From NCBI GenBank assembly GCA_964016885.1, contig OZ024740.1, positions 195,176,001 to 195,240,000 on the forward strand: a stretch of DNA of 64,000 nucleotides, in the 5' to 3' direction. This document shows, in pieces, positions 53,070 through 64,000 of this stretch. The notes under the pieces are model-generated. The model was not told the DNA's origin. It saw only the letters and a program-made list of their open reading frames with translations, and did not search any database. Source of the DNA: Eledone cirrhosa (Eukaryota). The first letter of the stretch is position 1; every line of letters starts with the position of its first letter. A program made the translations under genes and the position numbers.

Positions 53070-53352
53070 AGACCGCCTTCAGTAATGAATGACCATGGGG
53101 TTTGCACCTACAATATTTCTCTCCGAGGCACAAGTCCGGATGTTTGTGGAAGACCAGCAGTTGCCCATGCATAACAGTCTCCCCCTTTCCACACTACTGA
53201 TGTTGTCCAACGGAAAAGCAAATGTCGATACAGCTTGGCACCACTGATGCCACTATTCATTTCTACAGCCGAATGAACTGAAGCAGTATGGAAATTGAAC
53301 TCATAACTTCAGGGTTATAATCCTGATGCTCTAACCATTAAGCCATATGCTT
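53070..53352 (-). mobile_element. CORE-type SINE, further tail subfamily (also ~54585-54880 and 55465-55795)
   Basis: Shared TTTGCACCTA..CACAAGTC..ACCAGCAGTT.CCCAT tail region plus tRNA-like head. Confidence 0.7.
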
Positions 53353-53629
53353 TTACTACTTCATGTATATATATATTTGTGTGTGTTTGTGCGCATGAGT
53401 GCGAACACATGCAAACACACACAATGGGCTTCCACATAGTTTCCATCTACCAACTTTCACTCACAAAGCATTGTTCAACCCAAGGTTAAACTAGAAGTCA
53501 CTTGATCAAAGTGCCACAAAGTGGGATAGAAAGTGAAACCACATAATTACAAAACAAATTCCTTAATATTACAACCATGGCTGTACTTATATTACTTTTT
53601 TTAGGAAGTTACCATTACAGGCTTATTAA

Positions 53630-54093
53630 CCTTTCTTATCCAAACTGCCTGAAACTCCACCTAGTTCTCTGATACAAACCTATTTGTTTTAAAGGGTTCA
53701 TATTGAAATTGAAATCTGCCATCATAATATTATTAACCCTTTAGCATTTAAACTGGCCATATCCGGCCAGTATTCTCTCACCTCTTTCTGTTCAAACGGC
53801 CATAACCGGCAGCTCATACTTATGTTAAGGTATTATTCTCAAAATAAATAATATCAAAATCCCATAGATTATTAAGATAATTATGTGAAATATAGTGTTT
53901 ACTGTGAAAATACAATCATAAGTATAGAATAATATAAATGCTAATGGGTTAAAGAAAATTTTGTAAAGTTATCTTTTAAACAGCTTAAAAATAAAAAAGT
54001 TATTGCACTAATTCCCAACAAATTCTTTATTATTATTGAAGTAAATTTAAAATCACAATCAGTGATTTCATTAGAAATGTGATAATGAATGGG
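53630..54093. mobile_element. piggyBac-like MITE hosting a second MITE (53737-53948) at an internal TTAA
   Basis: Outer TTAA|CCTTTC...GAATGGG|TTAA; inner TTAA|CCCTTTAGCATTTA...TAAATGCTAATGGG|TTAA. Confidence 0.8.
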
Positions 54094-54902
54094 TTAATGC
54101 CTAAATGAATTACAATCACATGAATTCACAATTTTAGATAGATTGCTTTAAATAGATGCTGACAATTTTCAGTTAATCTTACAAAATTGTTGCTTCTATC
54201 AATCCAAAAGATGGTTTGAGTTGACTTTCATAAAAATATGTAAAAATTAAATAAATATTGAACTTAAAATACATATTTTTTATTTTCTCAGAAAATATGT
54301 TCTTCTCTCAAAATGGTGCACTAATTTACACAATTACTGTAAATGAATTATTTTTGTAATTAGCAATGTTTCCTAATGTCTATTGCAATGCTTGTGGGTG
54401 TACAGCATTCTGAGTTTCTCTGTCTAGAACAATAAAAACTAATTTCAGAAAAACTGACATAACTTATGACCTTCTTGAAAACATATGCCCCTTTATAAAA
54501 TTTCAGCTACATAGATACAACACTTTCACTTACACACATACATAAATAGTCTTTTATTTAACCTCTTGGCCTTTTGATGATGGCTGATTATGGGTTTGCA
54601 CTTTGAAAGTTCCTTTTCAAATACCAAGTGTGGGGAAGGTGTATTGGGCAAGACCAGTAGTTGCTCATATGCAGACAAGGTACCCCTCTCAATGCCACCA
54701 CTGTTGTCCAAGCAAAATACAAATGCTGATACAGCTTGACACTAGTAGCACTGCACACAAACAAGAGCAACATAAAATGAAGTGCTTTGTTCAAGAACAC
54801 ACCACACCACCCAGTCTGTGAATCAATAAAAATGACTTCATGATCATAAGCCCAACACCCTAACCACTACCCCATGGGGTTTCACCTTTTTATATATTAA
54901 GA

Positions 54903-55076
54903 TAATTGTTTCTACTTTTGGAACAAAGCCAACAATTACCTAGTGCATTACTGGTACTTTATTTTATCGACACCGTAAGGATGAAAGGCAAAGTTAACCT
55001 CGGCGGGATTTGAACTCAGACCGTAAAGGGACGTAACTATGCTGGAAAGCATGGCGTCCGACTCTCTACCGATACT
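54903..55076 (-). mobile_element. SINE S2 (further copies at ~58063-58245 and ~58870-59140)
   Basis: Near-identical to 19342-19493. Confidence 0.85.
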
Positions 55077-55309
55077 AGAGTATTATATGAGGAAATGTGT
55101 CTTCTACTCTTCTTTTTTTTCATCCAGTTATTCTTGAAAGGAGCAAAAGGATGACGTTAGTCGTCTTCAACTTATTGCATAATGAGGCTGTTTGCTGGCA
55201 AACAAACCAAATATTAAGAATATTATTATAATATTATTATTATTATTCACTTACAAAGACACTATAATAGACCTCCCACAATTCTTTTCACTGTATAACA
55301 TAACCTATT

Positions 55310-55362
<53 letters not shown>

Positions 55363-56181
55363 GGAGTAGGGGCAGGTATGTTAGAAATGTGTAACCAACA
55401 ATACTCTAGTTCACAAAATGTGATATTACATTTCAAATCAATAAGTATATAGATTTTAAGACCCCTTTGAATACAAATGACTAAGGGATTTGCACCTAGA
55501 AAGTACCACTCTGAAGCACAAGTCTCGGCAAAGTTGCTTTTTTGGAAAACCAGCAGTTACCCATACAAACCTGTCACTCCTCTCCATGCCACAAATGTTA
55601 TCCAAGGGAAAGGCAAAGGCCAATATAGCTTGGCGCCAGTAATGCAACAATTCATTTCTACAGCTGAGTGAACTGGAGCAATGTGAAATAAAGCATCTTG
55701 CTCAAGGATACAAAGCATCACCCGGTCAAGGAATTGAACTCACAACCTCACGATTGTGAATCCAACTGCCTAACTTCTAAGCCATGCCCCTTCACTAAAT
55801 ATTTAGATTAGTTTCTAAGATACAGTAATAGTGACTAAAACATCACGAAATGGAATCCAACTCTATTTGAAATTCCACTTCAAATTTCAAATTTTACATG
55901 AAATGCTTTCAGTGAAGCAAACAAATAAATAAATAAATATATATTCGTAAATATAAGTTCATTCCCTGCTAGCATTAAAATGAATTCTTCAGTTGTTAAA
56001 ACATCTGCTACCATTATTCATGCAAGATTTCAAATATTTAAAACCATTGCAATTAAGCTAAGATGGAGGAAAATGTTTATGAATCCCGTCATCGTATCTT
56101 TCACAATACTACTGCATTGAACAACAACATTATACCTTCATGTGCTATATACACACATATATACATATATGTGTGTATGTT

Positions 56182-56215
<34 letters not shown>

Positions 56216-56262
56216 CCTATATGTGTGTGTATATATATTTATATATACACACATATAGTCAT

Positions 56263-56321
<59 letters not shown>

Positions 56322-56859
56322 GAACCATATTTATTCTCTTACAATCGTTTCAAATGAGATATGACCTCGAATTATCCAAAGTGTTGTTACAGAATTTGTT
56401 TTACAGCGTCCATAAATAGAAATAGATGTGTTTATAAGATCACAGATCATTCTCCTCTGAGAGAAAAAGGTAGTCATTGGTGAAGTTTTATCACTGAAGA
56501 ATTTAGATTACCTTTAGCATGGAAAATGGTATTTACTACTGCATCTTAAGTATATAGACTATATAGAACAAATACAGTTTGTTTCAGCTTTACTATTTCA
56601 GTCATATACTTCAGTTATATACCAAGATGTCTACATCAAATATTTGTGCAAAATACAAAACCTGTTCGCTATAAGTATTATTCTGGATTGGGCAAACTAA
56701 TTTGCATATAATATCTTGTGTTGGTAAATAAGATATATAGTAAGATGTTCGCTAGCAGACAAAGTGTATGATAAAGTTATATCTGTATAAATACAATGTA
56801 CTTCTTACTATGTGTATGCAAGCGCATGCATGTGTGTGTGTGTATATGTGTTGAGTTGG

Positions 56860-57370
56860 ACCTGTATCAGTTCCAATGATGAGTATTCGTAAAATTAACA
56901 TACAAGTAGCTGAGCATTCCACAGACACATATACCTTTAACATAGTTTTTAGAGAGATTCAGTGTGTCAAAGTCTCTAAAAATCAACATGGAAAAAAAAA
57001 AACGACAGTATTTTGATATGCTTTTTGTTGGACACCCCCCTGATGTCAGTTTCAATGACAAGTGCTTCGGTTGATTTGATTCAATGGAACACCCTGTTCA
57101 TGAAATTAATATGCATGTGGTTTAGTATTCCACAGACACATATACCCTTAATATTGTTTTCATAGAGATTCAGCATTGTCACAGTAAAAAAACAGGTACA
57201 AATCAGCCATTTGAATTACAGCTACAATTCAGTTTTTCCAGCTGATTGGATTGCAGCAAAGGGAATTATATTGTGTCATGATCAAGGATACAATGCACCA
57301 CTGGAAATCGAACTTACAATCTTACAATTGTGAGCCAAACACCCTAACCACTTAGCCATGGACCTTCATA
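56860..57370 (-). mobile_element. Old CORE-headed SINE with duplicated 3' domain (related to ~1525-1720)
   Basis: GAAATTAATATGCATGTGG..CCACAGACACATATACCCTTAA..GAGATTCAG occurs twice; tRNA-like head at ~57300-57365. Confidence 0.55.
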
Positions 57371-59688
57371 GAATACAATATACATGTATATACCAAAATA
57401 GAATACCATATCCCCATACACACACCGCACAAGCACACACACACACAAACACACACAAGCACACAGAGATACAACTGAATGGTTACTGTCAAATCCAATG
57501 AAGGATCCACCATAACCCTGATCCTGCCAAACCAATTACAACAGCTCATACTATTACATTTATATTATATCATGCCATATCACACCATATCCTGTAAGAA
57601 TATCACACAATATCTAATCAATAACAATATCCGTGTCATATCTACTTATATAATATATAACACACTTAATCAAGCAATATCATAAACATGTCATAACATA
57701 CCGAAATCAATGAGAATCAGTCCATAGTAATAAAGTGTAAGGCAATATCATGATTTATAACCTAACATTCAAGGAAATATTATAAATAACATACCACATT
57801 ATGATTTCACTTTACACATATACACACATGTATGAATACACATACACATATGTGTATACTCATACACATATTCACATGTGTAATTAGATGCATACACATG
57901 TATATACTTACACTCATAAACACATCAAGCAAAAGGCTTACAAAGAGTATTTATGTGATCAATGGACCTGCTAGAAATAGCAGCCAAATGTTCCTCAAAT
58001 CTCTCTTTATCTCTCTTTTCCTCTCATTTTCGTCTATATTCTTATAAAAGGACATTTTAAATAATGGTTGCTGATTTAGACACAAGGCCAATAATTTTGG
58101 GGGATAGTGAACAGTTGATTAAATCAACCCCAGTGCATTACTGGTACTTTATTTTATCAACTCTGTAGGAATGAAAAGCAAAACTAACGTCAGCAGGATT
58201 TGAACTCAGAACATAAAGGGACGTAACTATATGCCACAAAGCATATAGTTTTAAATAATCAATGTACTTCTGGGTTCCCTGGACATAGGAAAAAGAGACA
58301 GGATGGACATGGCTGATATGCTTGTAATTAAATCTGAGGCTAACAATAACAACAACAACATTAACAACACTGCACATTGGCACATGTCCACAATCATATA
58401 TATACACACACACACACACACACATATATATACGTACAAGTCTGCCAAAGTGACAGAAACAGTAGAGCACCAGTGATTCCTTTCCTCCTCCTACATTCCA
58501 AGTTCGAATATCAGTGTATTTGACTTTGGTTTTCATCCCTGCAGGGTTGATAAGATAAGTCAGCTATTATTGCTGTTAGTTAACCGCAAGTGAACTCTGA
58601 TTCAGCATATCTATGATCAAAATCATTTTTTTTAGTAAGGATATGCATCTGTATTTAGATGTCATCTATCCATCAATCCATAGGCCTTGAACTTCTAATG
58701 GAGTTGTAGGGATGCCATTGTAACATTTAAACCCGGTGAAGACAATCCCTTTCCAGATCAGAATATAGACGAAAATGAGAGGAAAAGAGAGATAAAGAAT
58801 GAGGAAGAGATGGAGAAAAGGTGAGAAAATGAAAAAGAGAGATATAGGATGAACTGATCCCAGAACTGGACTGGACTAGTACTGCATTTATCAACCTCCG
58901 ATGGATGAAAGACAAAACCAACCGCCATTGGATTTGAACTCAAAGCATTCTATCTGACATTCTGACAATTCAACCCACTCAACCGCCTTTTGTATGTAAT
59001 ATAATGGTTTTGCATGTAATGGTTTCTGATTTAGGCACATGGCCAATAATTTTAGAAGGGAAAGTTGGTTAAATTGACCCCAGTGCATCTCTAGTTCTTT
59101 ATTTTATCAACCCTGAGTGACTGAAAGGCAAAGCTAATATGAGTTTAAAACCTTACAACTGAGATTATCCACATTGTTAGTTAACAAGAACTCTTTTGAA
59201 AAGTGATTAAGCTCTAAAAACAGCAAGCAAGGAAGACAGTCCAAATAAGGCAGAGATTTGCCAGAAGTATCAGAGCATCAAACAAAATGCCTTGTGGTAT
59301 TTATTATGGAACAATTGAAATATTGCTGAGAGCAACTTTGCCTTTACTTCTTTCAAGGTTAATAAATAAAAGATCAGCCAAATAGTGTGGTCAATTCTTC
59401 TTCTCTATCTCTTTCTCACTTCATCTCTGGAAGAAATCAGCTGCGTTCAGACCTTGAAAGTGATGGACTCCACCAGGTATAAAGTGTCCAAGATACTATA
59501 GTGTACATCACAATGTTGCCCCTATAAATGTTAACGGTGAGATTTGAGGGAGGTTTAGCTGCTATTTCTAAGAGGTTGAGAGACCACTAATTTCACATTA
59601 TGTACTGTAGTTGATTTAATCAAAAGTGCAATCAAAACTCTTCCCCTATAAATCTGCAACCTTGTGTCAATGTAATAAATCACTATTT

Positions 59689-59736
<48 letters not shown>

Positions 59737-62157
59737 GCATACAGACATTTATACACACACAAAAACACTGATATCATTTCTTCTATAGCAGACTCTAATA
59801 TAGACAGGTAGTCGATATTGTACCAGATAACTGTGGAAAAAGTTGATTAGCTTGTAACTCTTGAGTTATGGAATATGATATGGTTCACTAAACCTTCTCA
59901 TCTCTATAAGACTGCTGATATTACAAGACTCAATGTTAATTCTGAATACTTGGTTATAAAACTAGAACATTTCAGGCATGTTACGGCCCCCACTTCCCCA
60001 TTCTTCCTGTCAAATATTTCTCACAGATGTGCTGAACCACAAAGTTTAGCCAAAGCAACTAAAGAAGAACAATGACAGCTAATGAAGAAATGGAACAGTG
60101 AGAAAGGAAATAAAAAGAAACCTTTCTCAGTAGAGTATATTCCAGCCATAACTATCCCATCTTAATTTTAGACAATTTTAGGTGCAGTCATGGCTGTGTG
60201 GTCAAGAAGTTTGCTTAACAACCATGTGGTCTGAGGTTCTATCTCACTACATGACACTTTGGATAAATGGTTTCTACTAAAGCTTCAGGCCAACCAATTA
60301 CTTCTAAGTGAATTTTATAGGTGGAAACCCGATGAAGCCTCTCTCTCTCTTTCTCTTGTGCTGTGTGTGTGTGTGGTATACACTAATTACTGGTGTGGGG
60401 GTACCATGCGTATGTGTGTGCAGGTGTGTGAGTGCGTTTACTTTTCTTTGGTCATTGTTCTACATTTGATATTGCTATCAAAGTCTGTGTACAGTGGTAA
60501 GATGTGCAAGGATTCATACCCTTAAGAAACAACTGTGGTTTGGCATTGAGAAGGTCATCCAACTATAAAATTCTGCTACTGTATGCTCAATCTCCCTCCC
60601 ACTACCCCTCTGAGGAATTGGTAGAAATGTTAGATCAGATGAAATGCTTTGTGGTATTTATGCAGACAACAAAAAAAAAGACGGCTACAATTTGCAGGAC
60701 AGTGCTGGAAAAGTAAACAGGAAGTTATAAATAAGCTACTATTGTGGGAACCAACTCACGGGCAACGCAGTAGAGGAAGACCTACTTGAACCTTCATCGA
60801 TCAACTCTCATGATACAAACCTCGGTAGGGAGCAGTTGCCAGGAGCAATGGGAAATCATGAATTGTGGAGAGACTTTGTCAGGAATGTTCAACTGTGGTC
60901 ATAATGATGATTATGCAGCTATTTATTATGTTCTGAGTTCAAAATCCTACCAAACTCAAATTATCTTTCATCCTTCCAAGGTCAACAAAAAAATATTAGT
61001 CTAGGGTGATAGAGTAACAGAATCCTGAGAGCATCAGGCAAAATGTCTTGTAGCATTTGTTCCAACTCTTTATGAGATCAACAGAATAAAGTTCTACTCC
61101 AGGATTAACAGAATTATTAGTGTTGGACGAAACGCCTTGCAGCATTTGTTTTAACTCTTTACATTCTGTGTTCTAGCAGCATCTAACTTCACTTTTCAAC
61201 CTTCTGGGGTGGATCAAGTAAAGTACCAGACCAGGGCAGTAAATTGGTGGAATTGTTAGAGCAGTATTTGTTCTGAGTCTTTACATTCTGAGTTCATCAA
61301 CAATGACATAGGTGCCAGGCTGTATTAGCCAATACCCTTCCCTTGAACAACACCAGAGGCATGCAGAAGGAAGAGTTGCTGCATGAGTAACAATTAGTCT
61401 TTTAGTTAAAACAAACAAATACCAGGGCATGCTCCCTGGAGGAGATCTTTCTGAGGAGAGATTTTTAACAATGATCAACTCTGAGAGACAAAGGAGTCGA
61501 TTGGCTTTCGTCAAATTGGAGTGAGGAAACAATGTTTCCGTTGGCTTTCCAATTGCTAATACTATCTATCGGTTGCAACTCCAGGTAGAAGGAGCAATGT
61601 GAAATAAAGAGTCTTGCTCAAGGACATAACGCATTACTCAGTTCGGGAATCGAACTGACAACCTCACGATTGTAAATCCAGTTCTCTAACGAATCAGCCT
61701 GAGAGACAAAAGCCTTAAATAATATGGATTGCACCAGATCACTTGTATGGCTACTGACAATAAGACTCCACAACAACAACAGCAAGATTACTGGAATATC
61801 TCACACAAGCTAATGAAAGAAACTTCTAAACAGTCACTTAATTTACTAGAAGTAGCAGCCAAATCTCTGTCAAATCCCACTGCTACTGTTTTAAAAACAG
61901 AACACATTGGATAATGTAATGCAAGATTCACTATCAGAGAAAAAAAAGATGGTCACTGATAAAATGTTTTTGATCATACATCTGCTCTATTGAGGCTGAT
62001 TTGAGGCTAAACAACAGTGACAATAATGGCGACATCAACGATAACAACCCGACACCCACTCTCCACCACTTCTAGTTTTTTACTGTACTTGAAAACATTC
62101 ATTCTAGTCCATTCTTTCATGTTATGCTTCCCTAACATCAAAGAAGGAAAACTACTA

Positions 62158-62432
62158 CACTTCACTATATACATACACTTCACCATATACATACACTTCA
62201 CTATATACATACACTTCACCATATACATACACTTCCTTATATATATATACTTCACTATATACATACACTTCACTATATACATACACTTCACCATATACAT
62301 ACACTTCATTATATATATATACTTCACCATATACATACACTTCATTATATATATATACTTCACTATATACATACACTTCATTATATATATATACTTCACC
62401 ATATACATACACTTCACTACATACATACACTT
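62158..62432. repeat. 18-bp minisatellite (~15 copies)
   Basis: Unit CACTTCACYATATACATA. Confidence 0.92.
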
Positions 62433-64000
62433 CTCTATATGTGTGTGTACCATCATCATCATAACCCTCATCATCATCATAATCATCATCACACACATAT
62501 TCAATACAATACATTACAGTAAATCAAAAACACACAACAATATCTCGAGACTGCCATGCTTAACTATTTCATTTATCTCCATCCCATAAAGCTGTTTACA
62601 ACAACCACCACCACAACAGCAGCAACAATAATATCAACTGCATATGACAGTACATGTTGCTATCTCATATTTATGTGCACCATGTCAGTAGTGAATGGTG
62701 AATGGTGAATGAACATTTTGCTGAGTAAATAATCGATTTGCTCTCATCTGAATGAGAATGACATTAAATAATTCTTCACTAGGAAGAATTATCAGTTTCA
62801 GATCTCCAGAGCAGACTTTTATATCAGCAGTTTACAAAAGTTTCATATGGCATGTTGATGCTGAGGGAAGGCTAGCTCACTATATAGCATCTTCAATATA
62901 AAAAAAAAATATTAGAGAAGACCTTAAAGCATCATTAATAATAATACAATAGATTCACAGGTGGCAGAGGTGGTAGAATACTGAACTTCTAGCCAAATAG
63001 GAGCCAGAAAAGAAACACTTATGTTGTTGTTCATATACTAGAAATTGTATGCGTGTGAGTCTATACATATACATGTGTGTGTGAGCGTGTATCATTATTA
63101 TTGTTTTACATTTATTTTCCATACTGGAATAAATTAGATGGGTCGTCATATTCTGAGAGATTAGGCAGGTCAGATGACCATATCTTGCTGATATGTTCCA
63201 GTTTAACACGGTTTCAATGGATACCATGGATGTCCTTTCTAATGCCAATCACTTTATAGCATGTACTGGGTGCTTATTATTGTGACATTAACAATACCAC
63301 TTTACATCATTAGGGTGTTTGTTGTGTCCTCAGCCAAGATGTGGAAAGGGCAATAATGGGAGTGGGGATGTAAGATGAAAGCGAGCCATTTACTGCTTAC
63401 TGAGGGAGAGAGTTATCCTATAATGGGAGATGGAAAGGAGGAATAAGAGTTGGGTTCTGAGACATGGCCTTCAAGCGCGTGAGTGATGTCTGGTAGTACA
63501 TTGACGGATGCACCTGTCTTTCCATGCTACCATGGGCTGGATGAGATAGATAAAAGGATGTAAAAGAGGAGCAGACTATGGTGGAGAGGGAGATTTAGAT
63601 AGTGAGGACATGTATGCATACATGCACACGTACATCTCTCTCTCTCTCTCATATATATATGTATACACACACGCACACACATTTGAATATAAACACCTGA
63701 GAAAAAGTATATAATACATGTAGTAGAGTCAATTCATTCAGTGGAAGCTAATGGTTCCCTCCATCACATCTCAAAGTTTCTCTCCACAAACCATCTTTCT
63801 GAACTATGATCAAACCATTTCAGCCATAACCATCCCATCTTGATTTTCAGACAAAATATCCAGAACCAGATTATACAATGTGTCTTTCCTTTTCTGAAGA
63901 CAATAAGGTGTAGTTTTAAGGGGATTTGGCAACTATTTCTAGCAGGTCAAGGGACCACATAAGGAAATGTGGAGTCCTTTCAACGATGGGTGAAATTTTG

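Noticed and set aside
62007-62589. 165-190 aa repetitive ORFs and a CRISPR-like appearance
   Set aside because: Head-to-tail 18-bp minisatellite with no unique spacers and no cas genes

Overview
AT-rich, microsatellite-dense eukaryotic non-coding DNA. The SINE/RTE repertoire suggests a coleoid cephalopod, probably Octopus (inference). No host protein-coding gene could be supported; almost all short ORFs are microsatellite or antisense artefacts. The real coding remnants are non-LTR retrotransposons: three RTE families (A, B, C) with a PHD-type zinc finger inside the RT, CR1, R4/Dong, Expander-like RTE tails and a Penelope GIY-YIG fragment. Also present are many tRNA-derived SINEs, piggyBac-, hAT- and Helitron-like non-autonomous elements, and a U6 snRNA retrocopy. 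Highlights: (1) several minimal type-I hammerhead ribozymes in Penelope-like terminal repeats, including a three-copy family with a non-canonical CAGAAGA core in inverted repeats; (2) a U6-SINE chimeric retrocopy with a perfect 15-bp TSD; (3) a SINE assembled from two RTE families at a 5-nt microhomology, plus a repeated stem-loop module shared by SINEs and LINE 3' UTRs; (4) an ~800-bp inverted duplication with a ~97%-identical core. Family labels (RTE-A/B/C, S1, S2) are my own; boundaries were read by eye and are approximate.
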